A stretch of 64,000 bases of DNA from Octopus sinensis (taxonomy: Eukaryota): positions 40,982,001 to 41,046,000 of the forward strand of contig NC_043009.1 in NCBI RefSeq assembly GCF_006345805.1, given 5' to 3'. Shown in pieces: positions 1 through 12,296 of this stretch (the stretch's first letter is position 1; the number at the start of each line of letters is the position of its first letter). The notes beneath the pieces were generated by a model, which did no database searches, was not told the origin of the DNA, and worked only from the letters and a program-made list of their open reading frames with translations. The translations under genes and the position numbers were made by a program.

Positions 1-405
1 ATAACCACGAGCTGGTTTCAGCTGACATGTCCATTTCCTGGCAGTTTTCCTCAGTTGTCTTTGTTCCAATCTTTTGCAGGAGACAGCAAACTGATCTAGC
101 TGGAAGGCCACACAACACCTTTGATAAGTGCCTCATTGATCAAGTCCTGATATTTGCCTTTTCTTTAGCTGGTGAGAAATGTCAAGTCTGCTCTCTCAGA
201 GCAATGTAAGTTCAACTACAATGATTGTTTTTGTACACCTGGAGAACAGGAATACGTTGGGTTAAAGTAGGGTTACCATTACCTCCACTGAGAAAATGAG
301 CCTGCCATTCAGGTCCACTTGCATCTCAGTCCGAGGCTGGATGTAAAACAGAAAATTAATATCCTAAAGCTGCTTTTGTCTTAGGGACTTTGCCACCATC
401 CATTA
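1..405 (-). mobile_element. Degenerate HERO/R2-group non-LTR retrotransposon fragment, C-terminal restriction-like endonuclease domain
   Basis: Minus strand, across frameshifts and stops, reads EMQVDLNGRLIFSVEVMVT..PNVFLFSRCTKTIIVVELTLL*ESRLDISHQLK/K(A)KYQDLINEALIKG..GLPARSV..SAETSSWL. This matches the RPD..ELTvpwE..K..KY..GCRG pattern of RLE-type elements. Clade recognised from memory. Confidence 0.7.
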
Positions 406-1215
406 GAAATTTGATATTCTTAGATGGTACAAATAGTAGGGTAACAATAGCAGACTATTTGATCTTACAGTACAATATGTATCTATGAATACCTCTTTGT
501 TATTTTGTAAAGCCACAAATCTTTTTAATTTTTCCAGTCATAAGACTATGGCCATGCTAGGGCATCACATCAATATGCTTAGTTGAGCCACTCCATGCCA
601 GTACTTATTCTTAGTCTCTTTAAGTCCAATGTTTATTCTGTCTGTGTTTTTGGTGAACTGCTAAGTTGAGTAGACATAAGCAAACCGACACTAGTTGTCA
701 ACACTGGTAGTGAACACACACACTACACACACACATACACACACACACACACGTACACACACACACTTGTGGATATTTCTGCCTAACAGCAGAACTATTC
801 TTTCTATATTGTCAAAGTAGCAATGAACCAGGTGGATCCAACTTGTTATTTTGTTCTTTCGAAACAACTGATTATTGCATCATTCATAGTTAAATGCACC
901 AATTTCTTTAGTTACCAAAATAAAAACAAAAAAAAACCCAAAAAAAAACAAATATATAAATAAAATGAAATAAAAGCTGTTGGAATTCTAATTGGGGAAA
1001 CTTTCTGTTCTGTGTCTTTTCTAAGCGTTCTACAGGATGAACAATCATGACACCATCCATTCTAAATACCAGAACTGGAACATAAAACCTCAGAGAAAGA
1101 AAAACAGAAGGAAACAAAAAAAAAAAGACTACAGAAGCCATGTAAAACTATAGTTATGATGATCTGAGCTATTTCATGATCAGTTAGTTGAACAAATTGT
1201 TTATTAATAACTTAC

Positions 1216-1326
1216 AGGAAGAGAAACCCTTTGAGCACTGTTGTTCATTCGATTCATATTTTCCATGGGTCGGAAGAGACGAATTCTATTATCAGGTCCG
1301 CGGTAAGCCTTCATTCCTTCAAAAAG
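1216..1326 (-). CDS. BCAT: Internal coding exon of branched-chain amino acid aminotransferase (equivalent to the vertebrate BCAT LFEG..TLP exon)
   Basis: Acceptor ttttttcctctctcgttgcag, donor gtaagt, 111 nt, phase 0-0. Translation [37 protein letters not shown] closely resembles human BCAT1/2 LFEG(L/M)KAF.G.D..IRLF.P..NMDRM.RSA.R..LP, with the same boundaries. Confidence 0.92.
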
Positions 1327-1614
1327 CTGCAACGAGAGAGGAAAAAAGAAGGTGTGAAATGGCTGCTGTGAAAAATTACTAACGAACCAAACCACGCTTT
1401 ACACATGAATTGCTCCCAGTGAATGGAGACTAGCTTTTCATAATAAAAGATATGTAAGAGTCATTATCTGACCGAGAACAATCATAAAAAGGAACAATGA
1501 GCCTGCCGTTTCTATCACCGAACACATATCATCCACTCAGCTGCTAACCTGAAATTTCTGGCTTTATAAAATAAATGAGCTTTTATTTCATTGTTGCAAA
1601 GGTGAATGTATTAC

Positions 1615-1669
1615 AATACATATATGAATATATATAATATATATATGTCTGTGTGCGTGTGTATATATA

Positions 1670-1714
<45 letters not shown>

Positions 1715-2260
1715 TACACACACAACCACACATATATACATACTTATACATATACACACATATATATATATATATATATAAAAATACAGATAGATAAATG
1801 ATTCACTAAATAGTCAGTAAATATTAATGTTGGTGCATATCTATATTTATGTGCAAGTAACTATATATATATATATACACACACATACATAAATACATAC
1901 ATATATATATACATATACACACATACATATATAAATAATATATATATATACACACACACACATATACACAAATACATACATAAACACATGCATAAATACA
2001 CACATATACACATGTGTGTGTATAAATATATATATATATATATTTATACACAAATACACACACATACACACAAATGGGTGTGTAGGTGCGAATATATATA
2101 TATATATATAATATATATATATATAGAGATAGACAGATAGATAGACAGAGAGGCAGGCAGTAGGCAGACAGGCAAACAGATCTATAGAGAAACACGCGTA
2201 AATACACATTTTACTTAGTTACCTATACGTGTGCATGTGTGTGTGCATGCATGTAACTGA
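1615..2260. repeat. Compound (TA)n/(CA)n/(TACA)n/(AGAT)n microsatellite field
   Basis: Directly visible; explains the YI/CV-rich ORFs here. Confidence 0.95.
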
Positions 2261-2424
2261 ATAAATGTGCACACACATAGTTGAACACAGATATGCACAG
2301 ACATTTCACATTGGCATATGCTGGTAACTCAGTTTTTCCTGTTTATTTCAAAAGACACAGAGCAGAAAACCAATGGAAGCGTCAGTCCTCACTAATCTTT
2401 TCTTTGAATTGAGGCACACATACA

Positions 2425-2427
2425 CAC

Positions 2428-2478
<51 letters not shown>

Positions 2479-2935
2479 TATAATCATCACCCCCCTCCCC
2501 ATCATCATCATCATCATGCTCTAATGGCTGTTTTCTATATTGGCATGGGTCAGATGGTTTGACAGGCGCTGTCAAGGTTCCAAATTGTTTGTTGTGGTTT
2601 AGTTTCGACGGCAGGATGCCCTTCCTAATGTTAGCCATTGTACAGAGTGTACTGGGTGCTTTTTACATGTCACTAGCCCAGGAGCATACACACAGTACCA
2701 GCATGAGTGTGTTTTAAGTGCCACCAGCACCTGTAAAGGACAAGCCTGTATGTATGGACGACAATGATTTTATACATACAGCTTTTTCCTTTACAGGTGC
2801 CAGTACCAAGTGAAATGCACTTGTGCCAGTGCTGTGTAAATGCACCCATGCCAGTTGCAAGTAAAATGCACCACCACACTCTGTAAAGTGGTTGGCATTA
2901 ACAAGGGCATCCAGCAGTAGAAACCATGCATATAT
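2425..2935. mobile_element. (AAT)n tract followed by SINE family B pieces ((GAT)n tail), partly inverted
   Basis: catcatcatc..ggatgcccttcctaatg on minus and gttggcattaacaagggcatccagc on plus; the motif recurs at 4625, 20548, 25378, 32405 and 47672. Confidence 0.7.
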
Positions 2936-2944
2936 ATGTTGAGA

Positions 2945-3262
2945 CCCCCTTCGGTGACGACACAGACCATGGGATTGTATCTAGAAAGTTACCCTCCCAG
3001 GCAAAGTTGTTTATGGAAGACCAGCAGTCGCCCATGCATACCGGCCTCCCCTCTCCACGCCACCAGTGTTATCCAAGTGAAAGGCAAAAGCTGATATAGC
3101 TTGGCACCTGTGATGTTGCAACTCATTTCTACAGCTGAGTGAACTTGAGCAATGTGAAATAAAGTGTCTTGCTCAAGAACAAAACACGCAGCCCGGTCTG
3201 GGATTTGAGCTCATAACCTCACGATTGTAAGCTCAACGCTCTAACCACTGAGCCATGCACCT
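2945..3262 (-). mobile_element. tRNA-derived SINE family D
   Basis: Minus head gcatggctcagtggttagagcgttgagcttacaatcgtgaggttatgagctcaaatccc with A-box and degenerate B-box; body shared with copies at 11330, 34715, 39655, 41455 and 59205. Confidence 0.75.
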
Positions 3263-3865
3263 TCAAATGCATATATAAATACACATATATATATGTATGC
3301 ATGAGTGTATTTATAATTTTGTCACTATTATCATCATTGTTTTCATGGTCAGTTTTTCAATGTTTGTATGGGCCAGATAGAGTTGACAGAGGCAAATTTG
3401 AATGGTTACCTTCCTAACAAGGTAAAATTTCTCCAAATTGAAGAACATTTTCATGGAGGAATGGAAACGAATGACACAGATTCCATGATGATGATACACA
3501 TTTGCATATATGCAATATGAAGACAAGGAGACATAGCTCACCAATCCACCCACATGCTGGCACACACATGAAGGCTTCATTCAGTTTCTGTCAACTGAAT
3601 CCATTAACCAGGGACTACAGCAGAAGAAAATCGGCCTCAACATCTGATCCATGCAAGCATGACAAAGTGGACATTAAATGATGATGATGATAATGATGAT
3701 ATAATTATATGAACCAATAGGAGAACTTCTATGTGGTCACATGACCCATTATAAACTTCTGTGTGGTCGCATGACCCATCATAAATGGTAAGCAAATACC
3801 CTTCCAATCATACTGTACCATCTTATAAAAGAAGGAACATATTAGAGATTGTAGTCATAGATACA

Positions 3866-4071
3866 CTTTTACTCTTTTACTTGTTTCAGTCATTTGACTG
3901 CAGCCATGCTGAAGCACTGCCTTTAGTTGAAGAAATTGACCCCAGGACTTATTCTTTGTAAGCCTAGTACTCATTCTATCAGTCTTTTTTTGCCAAACCA
4001 CGAAGTGACGGGGACGTAAACATACCAGCATGGTTGTCAAGCGATGTTGGGGGACAAACACGGATACACAA

Positions 4072-4126
<55 letters not shown>

Positions 4127-4285
4127 GGGCTTCTTTCAGTTTCCGTCTACCAAATCCACTCAAAAGGCTTTGGTCGGCCAGAAGCTATAGTAGATGACAT
4201 TTGCCCAAGGTGCCATGCAGTGGAACTAAACCCGGAACCATGTGGTTGGTAAGCAAGCTAGTTACCACACAGCCACTCCTGCACC
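3866..4285 (-). mobile_element. SINE family A, full-length (tRNA-like head, internal (TA)n(TG)n, LINE-like 3' tail)
   Basis: Reverse complement of aggagtggctgtgtggtaa..cttgcttaccaaccacatggttccggg....cagcatggctgcagtcaaatgactgaaacaagtaaaagagtaaaag. Confidence 0.85.
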
Positions 4286-4624
4286 TATAACTGTATGAGA
4301 AAAAAAATATAACAGGATGAGAAAAAATATAATAGGATGCTCATAGCTAAAAAACCATTGATCATAATTCTGTTCGGTGTTGGGTAAGCCACAGATAAAA
4401 AACAACAACCACAACACATAAATAAAAAAGCAAACTATTTGGCCTCACTTAAAAATGACATTTAATTTAGATAGAGAACAGACATATACAGAGTCTCTTA
4501 GAGCTGTTTCTAGAATACCAAAGCATGATGATCCACATGCTTGGCTATTCTAAACACAGCTATAAGAGACTCTGTATATCTATATTCTCTATTTAAATTC
4601 CTCCTCCCCTCTCAAAAATTCCTT

Positions 4625-4940
4625 GTCTTGCAAGTTACTTGGTGACCCCACTGGTGGTGGTGCTATGTAAAAAGCATCCAGTTCACACTGTCAAGTGGTT
4701 GGCATTTGGAAGGGCATCCAGCTGTAAAAACCATGGCAAAACTGACCTCATCTGTGCTGGTGCCATGTAAAAACTACTCAGTCCACTCTGTGGGTCAGTT
4801 AGGGTGTTAGGAAGAGCAACCAGCTGTAAAAACCATGCCAAAACAGACACAGAAGCCTGGTGTAGTCTTCAACCTGACCAGCTCTTGTCAAACCATCCTA
4901 CCCATGCTAGTATGGAAGGCAGTCGATGATGGTGATGATA
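4625..4940 (+). mobile_element. SINE family B with internal duplication
   Basis: ggttggcatttggaagggcatccagctgtaaaaaccatgg occurs twice (second copy degenerate); ends cccatgctagtatggaaggc..gatgatggtgatg. Confidence 0.7.
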
Positions 4941-5099
4941 TAACAAGTGCAAAATAACCCGAGTAGAACTGAATATCAGTGGCAAGGGATGAACTCAAGA
5001 CCTGAACTCAAGACCTGTGACAAATGACCTGCATAGCCGTCGCGACCCCATTAAGTTCATAGAATGAAAATAGCAACAGAAATAAAATAGAAGGAAACA

Positions 5100-6320
5100 A
5101 AACATGGTTGTCTGTTGTTTGAAATATTAAGTGTGTAATGAACTACCAAGCCTATAGGTCTGTTCATTGATCGTCTTGGACAGTTTTATTTAATGATAGT
5201 TAACCCTTAATAATGTCTTCAGTAGCTAAAACACAGATCGAAGAATGAAAGACAAATGATACGTAGAAAAACGTTGGAGAAGACTTTAGGGATCCATAAC
5301 GAAAAATCACAGAAGAATACATAGTAATTTGCTGCCTATTAAATTTTATTCTTCTTTTGACAACTGAAGACTTAACGATGGCCATGTTACACCGATTATA
5401 TGGAGATGAAAACCAGCAAGCGTGGATCTGTGGATAAAGCTAAAAGAGGAATTGAAAACAAGATTATTTTGAGACGAGAACAGAAAGAGAGGTGGGTGCT
5501 GGCGGTGGAAGGTGGGTTTTAGTTGGGTTATCAAACATATTGTACAGGTCAGTTCATGCTAATTGATGCCACCGTTATTCAGAGAACATATTACAATATT
5601 TCCTATATGCTAAAATCAATCCCTCTTTACAACGAGTGAAGCTTAAAAAGCAGTAAACGTCATTAAAAACCAACATAGCCATTATGGTCAACGAAGAATT
5701 GTTGCAGAACCAGTTTTCCATTGAACTAAGTAGGCTTTGATAAGCAGAGCTTACCAATAGCAAACAATCTGCACTAATTAATAGTGATAGGTCCAGACTA
5801 TAGCTAGGAGCTCAAACCAACTAGATGCCTCTTAACATAAAGAATGTTACTTCTCTTAGCTAATCCCAGTGATCTTAAAATTCTATTCAATTGCCGAAGA
5901 CAACCGAAATGGTACACAATAGCCTTTAAGTGCATCACATATATTTGGCAGTAGTTTAATTATATGGAGGACAATGTCAGCCAAATTTCTATGGGGGTCA
6001 TCTGCTCTCCTGGAAATGGTATCTACTTTTACAGTAGACAGTGAAGAGTCGGCAGTTTAAGTAAGACATTATGGAAAACAAACAGCTCAGACATAAATCA
6101 ATTCGATAACTGGCTTAAAGGGTCTTTAGGTCTGATGTTTTCTTTGAAAAGTAGCTTTTTCTTCAGATGCAAGGAGCCAACAATTGAAAAATCAAAGATG
6201 CACTGGAAGCAATTTTCGGTTACAAATAATTATGTTTAGTAAAGGTAGTGATTTCTCTGAACTAGAAAAATAAATAAATAAATAAACAAATAAAAAAAAT
6301 AAATGAATATAAAAATAAAA
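5100..6320 (+). mobile_element. Possible highly decayed L1/Tx1-like LINE 3' remnant
   Basis: Stop-interrupted frame ..ILFNC..KW..I..KTLWK..HWKQF followed by an A-rich (AAAT)n tail at ~6265-6320. The resemblance is weak. Confidence 0.3.
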
Positions 6321-6469
6321 ATTGCCCCTATAAATACTTGATAACAGTGTAATTTATATTTATTATATAAATATAAAAAGAGATCACCGACTAAATTCCT
6401 GAATAGACACTGACTGCATATGTCTCTGTCTGCAAATTAACCGAAGCCAATGTGTATATGAGCACACAA

Positions 6470-6830
6470 GCATGTGTGTGTATATATACATATATATGTG
6501 TGTGTATATACATATATATATATGTGTGTGTGTGTATATACATATATATATGTGTGTGTATATACATATGTGTATATATATATATATATATATATGATGA
6601 TATATATATATACACACACACACACATATATACAGATATATACATCTATATACATATAAAAATATATGCATCTATATATACACGTAATATCAATATTATC
6701 CATTCATTACTTGTATATTCCCTGTATACTCCTATATAGGAATGTATATATATCTATGTATGTACACACAAACATATATATATATATTTATGTACACACA
6801 TATGTATGCATATGTATATATAAATGTATA
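6470..6830. repeat. (TA)n/(TG)n/(CA)n microsatellite field
   Basis: Directly visible. Confidence 0.95.
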
Positions 6831-7063
6831 CACCCCCACCCTACATATATCTTATTTGCTGCCATTTTTCTTTAAGAAAAATGTCAAAATGGTACCTACA
6901 GTTCAATGAACATCTCTTTAACTATAATGGCTGCAACTGACTTGGATCTACAAATGGTGACATAAGGATTTGAACACTATTCTTATTCAGCTTTCATCAG
7001 TTCTTTGTTTTCTTTTTTTTTTTAATTTATTCATGATTTTGCTTCTTTTTTTTTTAAATCTAC

Positions 7064-7468
7064 AGGGGCTTGTGTAGCTGTGTGGTAAGAAGCTTGCTTC
7101 CCAACCACATGGTTCCAGGTTCGTTCCCACTGTGTGGCAACTTGGGCAGGTGCCTTATACTATAACCTCGAGCAGACCAAAGCCTCGTCAGTGAATTTGA
7201 TAGACAGAAACTGAAAGACACCTGTCATATATATATATATATATGTATGTATTTATGTGCGTGTATGTGTTTGTTGCCCATCACCACCGACATCACTTGA
7301 AAACCGATGCTGGTGTGCTTATGTCCTCGTAACTTAGTGGTTCGATAAAAGAGACCAATAGAAGAAGTCCTAGGCTTACAAAGAATATGTCCTGGGGTCG
7401 ACTTCTTCGACTAAGGTGGTGCTTCAGCATGGCCGCAGTCAAATGACCGAGACAAGTCAAAGAATAAA
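7064..7468 (+). mobile_element. SINE family A
   Basis: Same head, microsatellite and tail architecture as 11899-12296. Confidence 0.85.
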
Positions 7469-7671
7469 TTTGGTAGTGAAATCTTGTAAAAGGAACATCA
7501 ATAGTTTAATCCCTGTATTCTAAGTGACCATCACTAAAACCCTAACCCATAGCTTAATACTGACTGGAATTTAAAATCCAAGTGTTGGTCAATTCACAGT
7601 GGAATGATGACTTAAAGGGGTTCTGGAAGAAATGCCACTCAGTATTTTGACTGATGTGCTAATAATTCTGC

Positions 7672-8883
7672 TTCAAATTTTGGTACAAGGCCAGCATTTT
7701 ATTTTTGGTGTGTGTGTGTGTTTGGGGTGGGTGGAAGTTAGTTGATTACATCAACCTCATTGCACAACTGGTACTTATTTTATCGACCTCAGTAGGACTG
7801 AAATCAAAGACTTGAGCTTAGAATGTAAAGAGCTGTAGGTAATGTTATGGGTTTCATCTGATGAGCTAACCAATTATACCACTCGATTAATAATAATAAT
7901 AATAATGGTTTCAAATTTTGCCACAAGAACAGCAATTTTTGGGGAAGGCCAAGTGTAATTTGGCCCCAGTGTAATTGACTCATTGACCCCAGTCTTTCAC
8001 TGGTACTTAATTTATTGACCCCGAAGGGATGAAAAGCAAAGCTGACTTTGGCAGAATTTGAACTCAAAACTTATTTTATTTATCCCAAAAGGATTTTGGG
8101 AGAGGGGGACTAGTTGAATACATCAACTGCAGTGTTTCACTAGTACTTAATTCACTGACCCCAAAAGGATGAAAAGCAAAGTCGACCTCAGAGGAATTTG
8201 AACTCAGAACGTAAGCATGGGCAAAATACCAGTGAGTATTTCGTCTGGTGTGCTAGCTCGCCTTATTATTAATGATGATAACAATAATAATCATCATTTC
8301 TACAATAGGCACAAGGCCTGAAATTTTGGGAGAGGGGGCTGGTCGATTACATTGACCCCCAGTCTTTCACGGGTACTTAATTTATTGACCCCGAAGGGAT
8401 GAAAGGCAAAGTTGGCCTCGGCAGAATTTGAACTCAGAACATAAGGTCGGGTGAAATACTGCAAAGAATCTCACCTGGAATGCTAACGATTCTGCCAGCT
8501 TGCCACCTTAAAATCCTGACAAATTGGAGAATCTCAGTACCAATTGCATGCTAGGCAAGCACACTGCCGCTTGAGCTAATTCCCCAACAAAATGATAATA
8601 ATAATGATGATAATAATAATGGTTTCAAATTTTGGCAAAAAGCCAGCAATTTCAGGGAAGGGGTTAAGTTGAATATACGTTGACCCCACAGGGTAAGTCA
8701 ATTACAATGACCCCAAAAGGATGACAAGCAAAGCTGAGCTAAGTGGAATTTGAACTCTGAATGAAAATATGGATGAAATGCTGCTAAGAATTTTTTCTGG
8801 CACACTAATGATTCTGCTAGCTCATCATCTTAATAATAATAATAATAATGATGATGATGATAATAATAATAACAATAATAATG

Positions 8884-8922
<39 letters not shown>

Positions 8923-8927
8923 TAATG

Positions 8928-8960
<33 letters not shown>

Positions 8961-8965
8961 TAATG

Positions 8966-8996
<31 letters not shown>

Positions 8997-9294
8997 TAAT
9001 AATAATGATAATCTTTTCTACTAAAGGCACAATACTTAAAATTTGGGGGAGAGGGGAGTGGTCGATTACATCAACCCTAGAGTTTCACTTGCACTTAGTT
9101 TATCAACCCTGGAAAGATGAAAGGTAAAGTCAACCTTAGCGGAATTTGAACTCAGAATGTGAAGGACAGATGAAATGCCACAAGGCATTTTGCCCAGCAT
9201 GCTAATGATTCTGCCAGCTCACTGCATTAATAATATAATAATAATAATGACAACAATGATAAAAGCAATGATAATAATGATGAGGACGATGACA

Positions 9295-9332
<38 letters not shown>

Positions 9333-9520
9333 CATCATCACCATTTCAAATATCGGTATGAGGACAGGAACATCAGAGGATGGTGTAACGCAATTACATC
9401 AATCCCAGTCCTCAACTAGTACTTATTTTATTGATCTTGAGGGGTTGAAAGGCAAAGTCTACCTCTGCAGAATTTGAACTCAGAATGTTAAGTCAGAAAA
9501 AATGCCACTAAGCATTTTGA
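7672..9520 (-). mobile_element. Stack of ~7 co-oriented SINE family C copies separated by (AAT)n tracts
   Basis: Repeated motif gaccccgaagggatgaaaggcaaagt..ggaatttgaactcagaa..gattctgccagct near 7790, 8020, 8160, 8390, 8710, 9110 and 9440. The core gcctttcatccttcggggtc resembles the Meta-type SINE central domain (from recall). Confidence 0.85.
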
Positions 9521-9565
9521 ATAATGATGATAATAATAATAATAATAATAACAATGCTGATAATG

Positions 9566-9608
<43 letters not shown>

Positions 9609-10310
9609 CTAAATAAATATATAAATAAATATAACGGTACCATCAACACTCAGGAATGATTTATTCTTTCAAATAAATGTAAAACCTTGGGAAGAAACCC
9701 ATGAGACAAAATGCCACGGTTTACAATTTATTAGGTGTCTTAGTTCACAACATGATGTACCCTAACAATGATGTAACAAGTTGGAGAAAGTAGAGAGAGA
9801 GAGAGAGGTGGAAGAAGGAAGAAAACGAATGGACCTTTTTTAGTGCAAACCATATGACCATTCCGCTGTTTTTTACAGAATACAGAAAGAGGAATGGTTA
9901 ACAGGGATAGAGATGAAGGAGACTGAAGTAGGGCCAAGTCAGTTTATTAAAAGAGTAAGCTGGATGCACCCAAAAACTTAGAATTTGCAAGGATAATATT
10001 TTTACGTGGAGGTTGGTGGTGGTGGTGGTGGTGGTGGTGGTGAGGCAGGTGGTGGTGACATGAGATAATGTCCAGCTCCAAGAATTAATTGGATTGAATC
10101 GCTGGAAGTGGAAGAGGAGAGACTCTAAGACATTACGGTTATGTTATGATACCGATTCCAAACTAACGTTGAAAAGAAGGTGGTCTAGTTTGTTTCGAAA
10201 TTCCCTAGAACAGTGTCATTTGTGGTTCAGCTGTCCATTTTCGTAGAGAATAATGACAGGTGCAGTCATAAAGAGGGATAGAAAGCCACCACCAGCAAAC
10301 CCTGCCCCCA

Positions 10311-10345
<35 letters not shown>

Positions 10346-10592
10346 TTAAAAAAAAGTTCACAAAAATAAATTAATAAGTAGTGAATAATTTATGCCATTA
10401 GCAAGAATGACAAGTTGAAGATGAACTTTGCCGTTCTCTACCTAATGCAAAAAAAAAAAGAAAAGAAAAAAAAAATAGTTTTAAAGAAAAAAATTGATAA
10501 GAGACATCTAAGATATATGATAAAAGATCATGAATTCTGCTAATGACTTTGGAGTTTAAGAACTGACACTGAACCAGAGACACAGACACACA

Positions 10593-10627
<35 letters not shown>

Positions 10628-11898
10628 TACTTGTAGCATTGTGATGTTGATGATTCTGAGATTGGGAACTCTTGTGTTCTGACTAAAATAACATTGCTAT
10701 TTTTTGAGAGATGACGGTAATAGCAGCATTGATGATACCAAAAGAAGATTATGATAGGATTGACCGAGAAAATTCATTTTTAAATCTTTGAACCAACGAG
10801 TACACTTTAACGGGTACAAATTTAACTGATTAACCCAGTGGATGGTGAAGACATGTGGCCAAGTGGTTAAGGTGTTGCGCTCATGATCATAGGATCGTGG
10901 GTTCATTTCCCAGATCAAGCAGTGCATTGAGTTCTTGAGAGAAAAAAACCCCACTTTATTTCACATTGCTCCAGTCTGGAAATGATGAGCTGTTGTGATC
11001 TCAGACACTTATATGCCACAGAAACCAGTATATGGCCTTATAAGTTTTAAGATTCATGAGAAACCATTAAGCATTAGGAGGACCCCTGGAAGATACAAAA
11101 GCAGGTGGCCACATGGTTTTGTGTTTATGGTTCACTAAATGGCAGAAATACTAATTTCCAACTGGACAATTGATCACATATTCCTGAGCTGATACTTTAT
11201 TTTAACTGTCAGTATGATGCTTGCACCAGTTTACCGGACAGATATAAAATTGGTAAAGGTAAATAAAGGTGAAAACAGGTGAAGTTACCAGTTCACTCAG
11301 CTGGAGATATGAGTTGTGACGTCACTGATACCAAACTGTATCAACCTTTGCCTTTCCCTTGGATAGCATCAGTGGTGTGGAGAAGGGAGGCTGGTAATGC
11401 ATGGACAACTGCTGATCTTCCATAAACAAACTTGCCCAGACTTGTGCCTTGGAGAGTAACTTTCTAGGTGCAATCCCATGGTCATTCATAAACTAAGAGG
11501 GTCTTTACTCATTACCTTCCCGAGTCATACCGAGACTCATAAGGGCCAGATTCCTGGTTTCTTGACATATATATTCCCCACCGGGAAGGGACACTGGTCT
11601 GTCGCAAGATTACTTATTTTTGCCAGCTGAGTGGACTAGAGCAATGTGAAATGAAATGTTTTAGTAAAGAACACAACACATCACCCGGTCCAGGAATCAA
11701 AACCACAATCCATCACCACCACAATGATGACCACTACCAGTATCACCAGCATCAGCACCAACAGCTCCACCACCTCAGATGCTACAGCTGTTGCCACCAC
11801 CACCCATGGTACAAATATTGCTGTTCTGTTGCCTATGACTAGTTTAAGCTTAAGCATTCTGTCACATGCTCTGATTTTCCTGGCAATAATTAAACTAT

Positions 11899-12296
11899 GC
11901 GCAGGAGTGGCTGTGTGGTAAGTAGCTTGTTTACCAACCACATGGTTCCGGGTTCAGTCCCACTGCGTGGCACCTTGGGCAAGTGTCTTCTACTATAGCC
12001 TCGGGCTGACCAAAGCCTTGTGAGTGGATTTGGTAGACGGAAACTGAAAGAAGCCCGTCGTATATATATATATGTGTGCGTGTGTGTTTGTGTGTCTGTG
12101 TTTGTCCCCCTAGCATTGCTTGACAACCGATGCTGGTGTGTTTATGTCCCCATCACTTAGTGGTTCGGCAAAAGAGACCAATAGAATAAGTACTGGGCTT
12201 ACAAAGAATAAGTCCTGGGGTCGAGTTGCTCGATTAAAGGTGGTGCTCCAGCATGGCCGCAGTCAAATGACTGAAACAAGTAAAAGAGTAAAAGAG
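11899..12296 (+). mobile_element. SINE family A, well-preserved copy
   Basis: gcaggagtggctgtgtggtaagtagc..ggttccgggttcagtcccac (A/B-box-like), internal tatatatgtgtg, 3' gtgctccagcatggccgcagtcaaatgactgaaacaagtaaaagagtaaaagag. Confidence 0.9.

Noticed and set aside
1606-2209. YI/CV-rich ORFs, here and at 6384-6875, 19725-20553, 33850-34507, 36041-36394 and 48980-49534
   Set aside because: Dinucleotide microsatellites lack stop codons; these are artefacts.
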